A stretch of DNA of 64,000 bases from an uncultured virus (IMG/VR IMGVR_UViG_3300009060_000024) (IMGVR_UViG_3300009060_000024); one strand, 5' to 3'; counted from the first letter of the stretch, positions 1-10,156 are shown. Program-made: numbers and translations. The notes: generated by a model not told the origin, from the sequence alone.

Positions 1-2
1 AA

Positions 3-73
3 TGCACCAGCAGAGATTCGAACTCTGGAAGCGAGCTTGGAAGGCTCGAATGATACCACTTCATCACTGGTGC
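3..73 (-). tRNA. tRNA-Gly(TCC)
   Basis: Cloverleaf GCACCAG/CTGGTGC-A; anticodon arm CGAGC-CT TCC AA-GCTCG; T-loop TTCGAAT; no encoded CCA. Confidence 0.95.
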
Positions 74-175
74 TTAATGGTGGGTTAGGCCCACCAATCC
101 TGTGACACTCAACCACGTCTGTATTTGGCACACAGCGCGGATGTATTTATGTCATCGCGCCCATTGTGGCGCTAA

Positions 176-247
176 TGGGTCCACTGGGACTCGAACCCAG
201 AACCACTCGGTTATGAGCCGAGGGCTCTACCATTGAGCTATGGACCC
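176..247 (-). tRNA. tRNA with CAT anticodon, probably Ile2 (agmatidine type), possibly Met
   Basis: GGGTCCA/TGGACCC-A acceptor; CTCGG-CT CAT AA-CCGAG; GGG-start acceptor resembles archaeal tRNA-Ile2. Confidence 0.85.
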
Positions 248-320
248 TCTCTGTGCCCACACGCCGTCGTTATCACGTTAGTGCGCGCGGGTAATAAATA
301 TAACGGCGCGGATGTGTTGT

Positions 321-548
321 CTATCGAGTTCTAGCTCGATGCCAGCCTTCTTCCATACCTCTTAGTAGAAGATACATCTCCTTTGAACCGTTACATACAG
401 GGCCAACTGGAGTTATACCATCATCATGTTCGTTTTCAAACAGTCTGTACTTTGATTCTCCCCATGACTCTAGTTCATAGCTTGAGTCATTGCTTTCGTT
501 TATCTCGTCAAGCTTATCTACTATATCAGTCTTACTCAGTCTTGACAT
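321..548 (-). CDS. hypothetical acidic protein
   Basis: 75-aa ORF in tightly packed minus-strand operon. Confidence 0.7.
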   Translation of the reverse strand: MSRLSKTDIVDKLDEINESNDSSYELESWGESKYRLFENEHDDGITPVGPVCNGSKEMYLLLRGMEEGWHRARTR

Positions 549-551
549 ATT

Positions 552-935
552 TTATTCTAAGTTATTCTGTGTGTGGCATTGTTCAACTCTATCATGGAGC
601 ATGTCTGTTGCTACATCTTCCAGGTCCATTCCTGTGTTGTCAGAAATGTTGTTCGCCTCTTTTACAGCCAAATCCTCCATATCTATCTTGTCTAAGTCTC
701 CCTCCTCGCAGTAGAACGGAACCTCAATATTAATGTTAACTAGACAGCTAGAAACATACCAACTCTTACGCCCGTCATCGAAGTCTACCTTCTCCTCTAG
801 ATTAGCTAACGTTTCATCATCAGCCCAGTATTTTGCGTGCGTAGACAGAATGTATTTCTTCTTTTCTATCTCATCGTAGTTTTCTGGTTGCAGATCTTCT
901 GCCCATTTTGTCTCCTCTATATCATCAAGTGTCAT
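552..935 (-). CDS. hypothetical acidic protein
   Basis: 127-aa D/E-rich ORF, operon packing. Confidence 0.75.
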   Translation of the reverse strand: MTLDDIEETKWAEDLQPENYDEIEKKKYILSTHAKYWADDETLANLEEKVDFDDGRKSWYVSSCLVNINIEVPFYCEEGDLDKIDMEDLAVKEANNISDNTGMDLEDVATDMLHDRVEQCHTQNNLE

Positions 936-938
936 TGT

Positions 939-2447
939 CTAGTGCGTCTCCAAGCTAACGTCGCCATTAATGAGTTTGTATCTGTACTCCCCCGCGTTCT
1001 TACTGTACTTCCAGTAACTCTGCCTGAAAGCCATGTTATGGCTAACACCAGTTCGGGTACTGCCGTCATGAGCTGCCATCTCGATGCATTTATCTAGTGC
1101 AACGCAAATGAACTCATCCTTTCGCATGTTGAGGGTTGACTTGTCGATGTATACAGTGTTGGTGTTGTCCTTCCACACCCTCTCGGTTTTACTGTATCCA
1201 GCGCTCACACTCCCATCGAACCCAATCTCCCGAAGGAACCATCGGGCACGTTCGAGGTTTTTAACACGTTTTTTGGTCAGTTCATTGGTGCTGAGTGGAC
1301 GCATCTCCCACTTCATCTCTTGGTCGATTACATCCTCCATGCTGTATATGGAAGAGCTGTCAATAAGGTTTTTGACAGCATCTTCAAAGCTAGAGTCTAT
1401 TACTATGACCCCAGCCTCGTCCATCGCCTTGTCAGACATTTTGTTTTGTTTCATCTGGAAGGAAATCTTTTCATCCTTCAACTGTTCGATGCTCCACTCA
1501 TCCCCGGTAACGTCGGGAATGATCTCCTTGGACCCGAACTTCTCAAGAGCCCTGTCGTCTCCCTTTATGCTATCCAGAGTCCAGTTAACCTCGCGGCGAG
1601 TGAGATCGTCTTTGTCAAACAGATGGTCAAGTGTTAGGCCATCGATCTCTTGCTTGATGGTCTTGTAAACTATGCACGTATCGAGTATGTCGTTGCGTGC
1701 AAAGTTGACATCTAGGTCTTTCTTACTGACAACATTGGTTCGAGTTGCAGTAAGCTTCTCATCAGTTACGTATGCTCCTAGGTTATAGATGCTGGTATGG
1801 AAACGCCATGCATCATTAACCCCAATGCTGTAGTATGCGTTTTCAGTCTCGTAGTTGTAATCGAACTCCTCGTACAGTTCTTCTCCGTTTAGAGTGAGTT
1901 CAATGTCATGGAGCCACGGGATGTACTTTACCAACTTCTTCACCTCATTAACTGTGTGTTGAAGGCCGTCAATGAGATTGTACAGTTCTACCTCGATTGA
2001 ACATCCGTCGAACTCATCGGATGTGTTTAGGACGTTGTAAGACAGTCCAGAACTGTCTAGTTCATGAGTGTCTCCATCAACATTCACCACGGTGTGGTTG
2101 TTGTCGAGATCGACAACGAGAATGTTGTTTTTCGTGTGCCAGATGTTCTTTCCAAAGTTGAAAATCTGGCCACGTCCCATTCGGAACTTCCCGAACTCTT
2201 TATCTTCAATGTCGGAGTCCTTAAGTCCGAACTTCTGGAAGTAGTTTTCTATGTCCTCCTCGGACATTCCCTTGCCGTCATCTTCAACGACGACAGCATC
2301 GGTCTTGATGGAAACATCAACCTTTGACGCTCCGGCGTCAACGGAGTTCATTACAGCTTCAAGAACTGCCTTTTCTACGGTTCCAGCCTGCTTACGCATT
2401 ACGTCGTTTAGCAGACCTTCTGTTGCCTCGAATTGTCGTTTTGGCAT
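939..2447 (-). CDS. GHKL (Hsp90/MORC-like) ATPase
   Basis: EAVMNSVDAGA (N box), EDDGKGM (G1), GKFRMG (G2). Confidence 0.85.
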   Translation of the reverse strand: MPKRQFEATEGLLNDVMRKQAGTVEKAVLEAVMNSVDAGASKVDVSIKTDAVVVEDDGKGMSEEDIENYFQKFGLKDSDIEDKEFGKFRMGRGQIFNFGKNIWHTKNNILVVDLDNNHTVVNVDGDTHELDSSGLSYNVLNTSDEFDGCSIEVELYNLIDGLQHTVNEVKKLVKYIPWLHDIELTLNGEELYEEFDYNYETENAYYSIGVNDAWRFHTSIYNLGAYVTDEKLTATRTNVVSKKDLDVNFARNDILDTCIVYKTIKQEIDGLTLDHLFDKDDLTRREVNWTLDSIKGDDRALEKFGSKEIIPDVTGDEWSIEQLKDEKISFQMKQNKMSDKAMDEAGVIVIDSSFEDAVKNLIDSSSIYSMEDVIDQEMKWEMRPLSTNELTKKRVKNLERARWFLREIGFDGSVSAGYSKTERVWKDNTNTVYIDKSTLNMRKDEFICVALDKCIEMAAHDGSTRTGVSHNMAFRQSYWKYSKNAGEYRYKLINGDVSLETH

Positions 2448-2496
2448 TTGTGTTGCCTCCGGCGAGCAGTTGTGTATAAATATGCTTACTCAGGCA

Positions 2497-2536
2497 AACT
2501 CTCCTGAGGAGTCGAACCCCAGTACTCCAAAAGAGC
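2497..2536 (-). ncRNA. mini-tRNA element t1 (acceptor-like stem plus T arm)
   Basis: GCUCUU-UUGGAGUA-CUGGGG UUCGACU CCUCAG-GAGAGU. Confidence 0.65.
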
Positions 2537-2540
2537 ATTA

Positions 2541-2858
2541 TTAGAACATTGAATATACGTTGTGTGCAGTTACAATGATACCTATAATGAGTAACGTCAA
2601 AGGTATAACAGCAGAGTATCTGTCATCCATGATCCTCCATATAACTAGAAGGACGCCAATTATTAATATTTTGTCTAACAGTAGTCCGAACATTCCATAT
2701 CTGTGCATTAGCATTGCAGGGATTTGATTTCTCTCTGACAACCCCATGTAATGTATACCAGCATATGTGGTAGCCATATCTCCCAAACCGTAAACAGCCG
2801 AAGACACGACGACTATTTTTGTTTGGTTGTCGGATATTGATTTGGCAACTGTGTTCAT
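2541..2858 (-). CDS. small membrane protein (DUF5658-like)
   Basis: GLGDMATTYAG...ERN motif and 3 hydrophobic helices. Confidence 0.65.
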   Translation of the reverse strand: MNTVAKSISDNQTKIVVVSSAVYGLGDMATTYAGIHYMGLSERNQIPAMLMHRYGMFGLLLDKILIIGVLLVIWRIMDDRYSAVIPLTLLIIGIIVTAHNVYSMF

Positions 2859-3179
2859 GTTATGCTCATGGTAATGTACAACAGCAAAAACGCGATAATT
2901 GCAGACAGTACGATGTATGATACAACGATGAATTTGTTTACGGTCCTAATTCTCGACTGCATCTTTGTATCTTACAACGTTAACTAATTCGAGGTGCGAT
3001 CCACCTCCAAACTCGCCATTCATAGCATCTTCTGCATCCTGCTTCTGTTCCCATATGCTGTTTCCACTAGCGCTGGTAAGCATCCTGTTCAGATCTGTGT
3101 TAAGGATGCCGTAGTACACTCTACCACTCATGCGCACCATTCTTCCCGCACACTTCGCATTGCCTGGTCATTGTTTTAA

Positions 3180-3236
3180 CCTTGTTTCGCTGGCACCACC
3201 CAGCTCATCAGGCCGCTTTTGGCTACGGCGACAAAA
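3180..3236 (-). ncRNA. type III hammerhead ribozyme
   Basis: UUUU-GUC^-GCCGU agccaaaa GCGGC-CUGAUGA-GCUGG guggug CCAGC-GAAA-CAAGG; complete core and three stems. Confidence 0.92.
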
Positions 3237-3255
3237 ATGAGTCTTAGTACGTTAT

Positions 3256-3465
3256 TTATATAGTGCTGTCTTCACCTCGTTCATCAAGCTCATCTATTAT
3301 CTGCTCCTTCACTATTACATGCCACACGCTGGCCCTTTGATTTCTCATCAATTTGTTTTGGTCTATGAAATCATCTATCTGTTGCAAATAGTTTCTAAGG
3401 TCATCTGTTTCATGGTCTTCGATCTCTTTATCGTCTATCTTATTTGGTGGCTGTATAGTTGTCAT
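3256..3465 (-). CDS. hypothetical protein
   Basis: 69-aa acidic ORF. Confidence 0.65.
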   Translation of the reverse strand: MTTIQPPNKIDDKEIEDHETDDLRNYLQQIDDFIDQNKLMRNQRASVWHVIVKEQIIDELDERGEDSTI

Positions 3466-3488
3466 ATATACTTTGTTTTTGTTGGTTG

Positions 3489-3746
3489 TTAGATGTACTT
3501 GAATGGGTCTTTGTCCGTGTTGTTCAGTATGTCCTTGAGATGTCTTGCGTCTAGTTCATCTGGATCGGTAGATCGGCTAAGGCTAACATCACCAGCTTTT
3601 TCTCCCCAGTTGCAAGTAGGGCAACCATCTCCACGCATGAACTTTTCGTATGCGTCTTCAGGTTGATCGTCCCACTCAGGAACTTCATGGTGCAGTGAAT
3701 ACACTCCATACGGTTCTCCGCATTTCTTACAGTGTACGTCAGGCAT
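3489..3746 (-). CDS. small Zn-binding protein
   Basis: CKKC and CPTC motifs. Confidence 0.7.
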   Translation of the reverse strand: MPDVHCKKCGEPYGVYSLHHEVPEWDDQPEDAYEKFMRGDGCPTCNWGEKAGDVSLSRSTDPDELDARHLKDILNNTDKDPFKYI

Positions 3747-3892
3747 TATTTACATCTCCTTGATGATGTCAGCGGCAGTGACTCCATCAATACGTTCCGC
3801 CATTCGCATTGCGGCCTCTCCAGAAGTTAGGTTACGGTCAGACTGAAGGCCCTTGGTGTGCTTTACAACTTCGTCAATATCAATGTTTTCAT

Positions 3893-4036
3893 TCATAGTA
3901 CAGTCAGTCCCACAGCAACCCCACACTCACGGCATTCATAAATCTGTTCACTTTCGTATGTTTTGTCGTCAATAAGACTGAAATCGGTGCTGTTACATTC
4001 TGGCGATGGGCATTGTAGGCAATGTATGTCTTTCAT
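3893..4036 (-). CDS. Zn-ribbon microprotein
   Basis: CPSPEC and CREC; start moved to MKDIH, downstream of element t2. Confidence 0.6.
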   Translation of the reverse strand: MKDIHCLQCPSPECNSTDFSLIDDKTYESEQIYECRECGVAVGLTVL

Positions 4037-4067
4037 CTGTGTTTGTGGCAGTAGGATGCCAGCCAAA

Positions 4068-4107
4068 TGCCATTGAGAGAATCGAACTCTCACTATACCA
4101 ATATGGC
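4068..4107 (-). ncRNA. mini-tRNA element t2
   Basis: GCCAU-AUUGGUAUAG-UGAGAG UUCGAUU CUCUCA-AUGGC-A. Confidence 0.8.
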
Positions 4108-4355
4108 TAGTGTTTAGTTTCCGCAGAGATGTAACGGAGGGTGACTAATGCCGATCTGATCCCGTCATGCTCGTACCCGTCCGAATGGACTATTGGATCG
4201 TGGTCGCACCCCTTTGACCAAAAGTCGTCAACAAATATTTGATCGCACTCAAAGCAATAGTATACGTCTGGGGTGGCGGCGGTCTTTCCTTTTTCTTCCT
4301 TCTGGCGTTCTAGCGCCTCTTCTAATCTCCTGATTGCGTGTGGTATATCGTTCAT
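4107..4355 (-). CDS. hypothetical Zn-binding protein
   Basis: CFEC...CDH. Confidence 0.65.
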   Translation of the reverse strand: MNDIPHAIRRLEEALERQKEEKGKTAATPDVYYCFECDQIFVDDFWSKGCDHDPIVHSDGYEHDGIRSALVTLRYISAETKH

Positions 4356-5415
4356 TTATCTGATCCTCCCGTCTGAGGGCGACATCCACCAGCAGCAGAC
4401 TGAGCAGAACGACGGGTCCCTCCCATGAACGCAACGCTTCTTCGTGTCGTTCCGGACAATGGTTCGTTTCACTTCGCTCACGAGTCTCCCTCCTGCGAGG
4501 CGTCCGCAGAGGCTGAGAGTCGCTCAAACCGGATTGAACGAAGCTTGCGATATATCCAACCTTGAGGAGTGTGCATCAATGTGTAATGCTTGAACCATTC
4601 CCACTGGCAAATGAGAGCGTGTTCGCTCACCATCGACCACCCACAGTGACACGTTATCCGAAATCCGATTTCTGCCGACCTTGGGAGTCCGAAAATCCAC
4701 TCTTCCCCTCCTTGTTCAGTATCATTCGTCATCAATACTCATCAAATTTTACCCTGTGTTCGTTTCCATCTCTATCCGTCCACACCAAAACGCCCCCGCT
4801 AAGATCACCGAGACGTAGAGGTCTTTGTTCAGTTCTACCCATCTACTTCACCTCAGATTGTTTAGTTTCCGCTTCTGCTTCACTCACCAATTTCCAATCA
4901 ATAGAGTACGATACCCGATTTTTCAACATTAGTTGCTTAAGGGCTACACGTCCCCTGCGCCCAAATTCCTTAACAACCCTATCCTGCTCAACGGGTTCGT
5001 TATCTATTATAAATTGTTCAACTTCGTCCATCGGTCCATCGCCTCCTTCACGCTCATTTGTCCATATGTCCATTGTGTCCTGTAAGAGTTTCATAATCGC
5101 CGCACATCCATGCAAGGATGCGTTCAGCCTCCTCCTCGTCTTCCCGACGAAGAGATTCGGCTATGTAATGCTCTATGCTTGGATATGGTCTCTGTGTCAT
5201 TCCTACAAGGTCTTCGTTTCGTTTCATGTGTAATATCTACTCTTATCTAACGTCGTTCATCATGAACGATCCTACCATAGACAAAAAACACATGGAACAC
5301 AACACTATAGCAGCATCAACTCCATAATTAAAATACGAATACAATCCAATGATTGTTATACCGAACAGTGCAAATGTAGGACCAAATGCGTTAGGGTTAA
5401 CTATCGGTTCTGGTG

Positions 5416-5739
5416 TCATTTGTTCATCTCTGCTTCTTTGTATGTCTCAAGCCACTCTTTAGCGTCGTCATAGTTATTTCTTGCGGTGATGATTTTACCA
5501 TCGCTCCAAATATCACTGTTGACGCATTTCCAAACGTCATCTTCATTACGCTCTATACTTATTACGCATGTGTCAAACTCCACTATTTCAGCTTTTATTT
5601 GAGGAGTTTGTTTGCCTCTGTCCATGTAAGTGGCTATTGGACAGTCGTTATTAGAGCAATAATGCTGTTTTGGAGCCAGATCATGTGACACTTCTCCCTC
5701 TTCTTGATTGCACAGTGGACAATTAGTTTTAATCACCAT
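5416..5739 (-). CDS. hypothetical protein with N-terminal Zn finger
   Basis: CPLC...CSNNDC. Confidence 0.65.
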   Translation of the reverse strand: MVIKTNCPLCNQEEGEVSHDLAPKQHYCSNNDCPIATYMDRGKQTPQIKAEIVEFDTCVISIERNEDDVWKCVNSDIWSDGKIITARNNYDDAKEWLETYKEAEMNK

Positions 5740-5745
5740 TCTTAA

Positions 5746-5787
5746 TGCCCATCTCCAGAATTGAACTGGAGTTATACCAATATGGGT
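5746..5787 (-). ncRNA. mini-tRNA element t3
   Basis: CCCAU-AUUGGUAUAA-CUCCAG UUCAAUU CUGGAG-AUGGG. Confidence 0.8.
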
Positions 5788-6623
5788 CAGTCTTCGTGAG
5801 GGACAGGTGTTATTCCCTCACTTGTATTATGATCTCTGCTAATGTGTATAAGAACACGTTTTAGAGCGTCGCTTCTGTCACACTCATCATCATACATAAA
5901 GTACACTCCGCATTTGTCACATTTGTATCCATCGACCTTAAACATCGTTGTCCAAAAGATCGACTGCTACACTTTTAGACATGGATTCAATGCCATCAGC
6001 TATGTCTTCATCTCCAGCAACACTAAGGAAAACCTTAGCAGCAGTCATGCATTTGAACGCTTCCATTCTAAGATCGTATATCTCCTGATCTCTCTTTGAT
6101 TCGGTTTCGTCTTTTTCCATGTTGTTTTTGGTATGTTTGTCGTATAGGCACGTGCAGGCGTCGTGTGCCGTTTTGTGTACACAGGTACAAAGACACTTGT
6201 ATATGTCTACGCGGCCTGTGTGGGCTTGTGTGTCGGTGTATCGGGGCTTCGGGACTGCCGACCCCGGTTAGATGTAATTCCTCACGTTGTAGCTTGGACC
6301 TGTGCCAGTCAAAGCAGTGCCCAGATCGATGCCACAACCCTCGCAATTGTCAGTCAGTTCATCTCCGTGAGCGGGTTCGTTGTCAAACCCGCAAAATCTA
6401 CACTTCATTGTCATTGTGTGGTTACACTCCCCATGAAGGGTGCCATTACGTAGTGCTGATCATGAGCGAAGTTAGAATGCTCTATTGCGTCTTCCATTGC
6501 CTCTTTGTCGAGGTCATAATCTTCGTACATGAACTTTTCTTGGCAGCCTGTGCAGATGAAGCCTTTGTATTTAGACATCTTTTCTAACAGTATAACGTGT
6601 GTTGCTTTGTCATTTGTTTCTCC

Positions 6624-6676
6624 GCCTTTTAGCGTTACCCAGCCAGCACCACGAGGAGGTAAGGCTCTTGCTGGCC
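6624..6676 (-). ncRNA. HDV-like self-cleaving ribozyme (minimal) A
   Basis: P1 GGCCAGC/GCUGGCU (G1-U), P2 GCCUU/AAGGC, P3 ACC/GGU, L3 UCCUCGU, P1.1 CC/GG, J4/2 CUAA. Confidence 0.92.
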
Positions 6677-6779
6677 ATAAACTATGTTCGTTATGTGTTA
6701 GTGAGGAGTTCTATAAGCATTATTATGAACCCTGCTAACATCATCACCAATACAATTTCGATTAATATGCAACACATCT

Positions 6780-7289
6780 CTACATAGTCTCAATATTGTC
6801 TATTGAAGTTTCCCATATTGGAACAGCTGCATACCCATTGCCTCTAACGCTTACATCGAAGCGCAGGGCAAGGTACTTATCATCTCTCACATTGAAACCC
6901 TCCCTCTTTTTTGCCATCCTCTTGTACTTACGTTTGACATGATCACTCTGTAGTATGTTGGTTTTCCCAGACTCTAATCCGGGGCCAAATATCAGTCCGA
7001 ATTGGCATGGCCGAAGTTTACCTGTGACTTTGTACTTCTTTGATGTGTATTGTGGAGATTTTTCCGTAACCTCAGCCTCAAATGGAACTCCTTCTGCATC
7101 CATTTTCTTTGACTGAGTGTATGTCTTGTTAGCTCTTGGAGTTCTATCAACTGCCTTTTCAATTGACCTCGCAATCGTTTCGTATTTGTACACTTTCTCC
7201 GCTTTAGTGTACGGAGACTCCAAGAACCTTACTCTGTACTTCTTTTTTGTACCAAGCGTGTAGTACGCTATTTTATCTGACAATGACAT
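6780..7289 (-). CDS. hypothetical basic protein
   Basis: 169-aa K/R-rich ORF. Confidence 0.7.
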   Translation of the reverse strand: MSLSDKIAYYTLGTKKKYRVRFLESPYTKAEKVYKYETIARSIEKAVDRTPRANKTYTQSKKMDAEGVPFEAEVTEKSPQYTSKKYKVTGKLRPCQFGLIFGPGLESGKTNILQSDHVKRKYKRMAKKREGFNVRDDKYLALRFDVSVRGNGYAAVPIWETSIDNIETM

Positions 7290-7291
7290 TT

Positions 7292-7744
7292 TCAGTCTTC
7301 GATCATTGGTTGCATGATTTCATTCCATGTGTCTCCATCGGTGCTTACTTGGTTTATAGGAGCTCCAACTCTACCACACAACCATTTAAACGCCGCTGAC
7401 GAGTCGCTTATCTGGTACTTGTCATGCTGATACGTGTATAAATGTACCATCTCATGCAACAAAGTCATCTTTATCCGATCATCCTGTTCGCACTCTAGGT
7501 ACGATTGGGAGAATCTGAGAAAGGTATACTTCCCACCATCTCGGTAAAAAGCCTTTGCATTAGCGCGTTTTATGCGTGATGAAACTTCGATGAAGTCACA
7601 TTTAATCTCCTCGGGGAACTTTTGTTCGAGATCATCAAACCATTCGTTAAGTTTGTCTTCCCACTTTGAGTGAGGGTAAGTTCTGTACGGATGGTTCGCA
7701 CCGTTATTTTTGTCTGGAACTCCAGTTAAGTCGTGTATTCCCAT
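7292..7744 (-). CDS. SprT-like zinc metalloprotease
   Basis: TLLHEMVHLY motif preceded by a SprT-like beta region. Confidence 0.8.
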   Translation of the reverse strand: MGIHDLTGVPDKNNGANHPYRTYPHSKWEDKLNEWFDDLEQKFPEEIKCDFIEVSSRIKRANAKAFYRDGGKYTFLRFSQSYLECEQDDRIKMTLLHEMVHLYTYQHDKYQISDSSAAFKWLCGRVGAPINQVSTDGDTWNEIMQPMIED

Positions 7745-8538
7745 TATTGATTGATGATCATGGAGAAAACATCTTTTGCCTTCTCCAATTCACCGATTTG
7801 TACAAGGCCTGAAATGTAATCGAACAGTTCGTCTTCACCAGATAGTACAAGTGTTAACTCGACATGTTCAGACTCTCTGTCTTGCTGCTGTTCGTCTTCG
7901 TCGTCATCGTCTTGTTTGTTTATGATTCCTTGGTCAACAGCTTTTTCTATGATCTCGTCTGTGTCTGGCGTTTTCTTGAACCAGTTTTTGAGTTCGTCTT
8001 CGACAAATCTGTCATCTGTCATCCAACCCTTGGCCGTGATTGTACTTGAAACAGTTGAGTGACTCTCATACCCCATGTTATCAGCTATTGCTCTGTATGA
8101 CATGTCTGGGTTGTTGTAATGCCACGCGAGAGTCTCCTGCCTGTCTTCAGATAAGTCGCTGAAGGTTGTGACAGGTGGCCGTCCCATAAGAGTATAATGA
8201 ATGTCTTCATCCTGAAGGATTCTGACAACCTTGTCCTTTGACTCTCCTGAAAGATCGCAGACCTTATCAATCTCCTTGTTGGAGATGTCGGGTCCAAGAC
8301 CGTCCACGTTGCCAGACTGTATACGCTTGAACGCCTTAACGATCCTCATGTAATTGGACATTTCAGGATCGGAAGGTATGACATCTGGGTACACTCGCAT
8401 GATAAGGTCGTCTGTTGACCTCCCCCTGTGAGCAGAGTCGTTCATGCTGTTTATGTGCTGTACAATGCGCTTTCGGACACTTTTAGTCCTTCCACAAGCG
8501 CGGCACTGGTACTGTAACTCAGTCTCGTCTACTGTCAT
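7744..8538 (-). CDS. Zn-finger/HTH transcription regulator
   Basis: CRAC...H...H and SYRAIADNMGYESHSTVS HTH. Confidence 0.7.
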   Translation of the reverse strand: MTVDETELQYQCRACGRTKSVRKRIVQHINSMNDSAHRGRSTDDLIMRVYPDVIPSDPEMSNYMRIVKAFKRIQSGNVDGLGPDISNKEIDKVCDLSGESKDKVVRILQDEDIHYTLMGRPPVTTFSDLSEDRQETLAWHYNNPDMSYRAIADNMGYESHSTVSSTITAKGWMTDDRFVEDELKNWFKKTPDTDEIIEKAVDQGIINKQDDDDEDEQQQDRESEHVELTLVLSGEDELFDYISGLVQIGELEKAKDVFSMIINQ

Positions 8539-8800
8539 TGTTTTGTTCTACGGGTTCTGCTTCTGACTCTTCGTGTGTGTATGCGTTGAACAGTTTGTTT
8601 TGAGCCCCAACGCAAATGATGATAGAATCTCTTGCAAATTCTAACTCATCCCCGTATTCCTCATGTGGAAGGGTATTAATGGCACTTCTGTACTCCTCCA
8701 TCATGTTTTTATTCGACTGAATGAGTGCTATTAACTCATCCTCTGTTAGATTTACTTGATACGTCATTGTTTGATACCATCCTGTTTTCTGGATGGCTGA

Positions 8801-8860
8801 TGGCAGGTTAAGGGAGTTGAACCCATGTTATATGTCCCACCAAACTGGGTAACACCTGCT
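8801..8860 (-). ncRNA. tRNA-like element t4 lacking the anticodon arm
   Basis: GCAGGU/ACCUGC stem; D-like arm CCCA-GUUUGG-UGGG; T arm GGG-UUCAACU-CCC. Confidence 0.7.
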
Positions 8861-8890
8861 ATATAGATAACCGTTATGGCTGTGAGTTAT

Positions 8891-9247
8891 TTAATACTGA
8901 AACTCTAGAATATACTTGATCTTATCTGCTTCGTCGTAAAGCTGTCCTGTGACATCTCCTCGGATGTGGAGTTCTATCGTGTCGTCGCAACCACACTCCT
9001 TGATTTTATTCTCCCCGAAGTAACTCATCAACGCTCCATAAATCTCTAAAGGAGTGTCGCCTTGATACCGTTCAATTGCTTTGCATGACTCATCTATTTC
9101 GTCATACACAGACTGTTCGATGTCTCTGATCTCGTCCTCGCTTTCGTAGTCAGTGTCTTCAATATTTCCAATTGCTGACTTGGCTATCTCTCGACCAGCG
9201 CTGTATGCGGTATGCCGTATCTCGTTTGTGAATGGATTTTCTTTCAT
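8891..9247 (-). CDS. hypothetical acidic protein
   Basis: ORF; start MKENP follows element t5. Confidence 0.7.
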   Translation of the reverse strand: MKENPFTNEIRHTAYSAGREIAKSAIGNIEDTDYESEDEIRDIEQSVYDEIDESCKAIERYQGDTPLEIYGALMSYFGENKIKECGCDDTIELHIRGDVTGQLYDEADKIKYILEFQY

Positions 9248-9258
9248 TTTTACCCCAA

Positions 9259-9300
9259 TGACCATCCTGAGAATTGAACTCAGGCAATACCAGTATGGCT
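9259..9300 (-). ncRNA. mini-tRNA element t5
   Basis: GCCAU-ACUGGUAUUG-CCUGAG UUCAAUU CUCAGG-AUGGU. Confidence 0.8.
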
Positions 9301-9318
9301 AATTCTGTTATACCTGTG

Positions 9319-9723
9319 TCAGTAATGGCTGTGGAACGACTTGTATTCCTCAGTCATAACATCATTATACGCATCTTTGTCTATAGTATAGACAAGCCAC
9401 ACAGAAAACTCTTGCCCGTCCTTTGATTCCCTACTTTCCTCACCATACTCAACATGAGATACTCTACGAAGCTCTATCACACCATCTCGGGCGAGATGTT
9501 TTAGAACAACTGCGGGTTTCGTACTCCATGAAATGTTAGTATCAGCATCCATCCCATGTACTGTAGGGGTGAACTCATGCTTGTTTTCTTCGCGGCATCT
9601 AACATCTATCTGATGCCCAAATCCGTTTACTTCTGTTATCCCAAACTGACCATCTAGCCAGTTAGCCATCTTTTCTCCAACGCTCAATTCTTCTACCTCC
9701 ACTGTTTCTTGTTTATCTGCCAT
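9319..9723 (-). CDS. hypothetical protein
   Basis: ORF; start MADKQ follows element t6. Confidence 0.7.
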   Translation of the reverse strand: MADKQETVEVEELSVGEKMANWLDGQFGITEVNGFGHQIDVRCREENKHEFTPTVHGMDADTNISWSTKPAVVLKHLARDGVIELRRVSHVEYGEESRESKDGQEFSVWLVYTIDKDAYNDVMTEEYKSFHSHY

Positions 9724-9741
9724 TGTTGGGTTTTCGCCCGA

Positions 9742-9783
9742 TGCCCATGATAGGAATTGCACCCATTCGATTCTATTATGGGT
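9742..9783 (-). ncRNA. mini-tRNA element t6 (divergent)
   Basis: CCCAU...AUGGG UGCAAUU CCUAU-C-AUGGG. Confidence 0.6.
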
Positions 9784-9784
9784 A

Positions 9785-10132
9785 TTATGTTCTAGGTATA
9801 ACTAATTCATCGTAGAAAGACCAATCTATATCTTCCACTTCGTCATCTGCTCTCTCCTGTAGTTCTCTATGTTCACTTTCTGCCATTCCAATCGCGTCTA
9901 TTCCTCTTGTTCTAGCGTCAACAAAGAACTCCACCGCTTCTTGTAACATGGTAGAGTGGTAAACCATCTCATGTTCTTTGTCTAGTTCAATTTGTCTCTC
10001 TGTTAGTTCTTCGTCCGATTCGTCTAATTTAACTTGGTGGGTCTCTTCTGCTGTTTCGTCTGGGGGGTAGAATCTGTCCGCTGTCTTTGCTCTCTCCCAA
10101 CATAACCATTTTAGGAACTCGTGTTCGTTCAT
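9785..10132 (-). CDS. hypothetical acidic protein
   Basis: ORF; start MNEHE follows element t7 and a GCAA hairpin. Confidence 0.7.
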   Translation of the reverse strand: MNEHEFLKWLCWERAKTADRFYPPDETAEETHQVKLDESDEELTERQIELDKEHEMVYHSTMLQEAVEFFVDARTRGIDAIGMAESEHRELQERADDEVEDIDWSFYDELVIPRT

Positions 10133-10156
10133 TGTATTGCTGCCCTTGCGGGCGAG

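Noticed and set aside
1084..1668. Long antisense ORFs (e.g. 1084..1668, 4562..5233, 49802..50425)
   Set aside because: S/L/F-rich shadows of acidic genes on the opposite strand.
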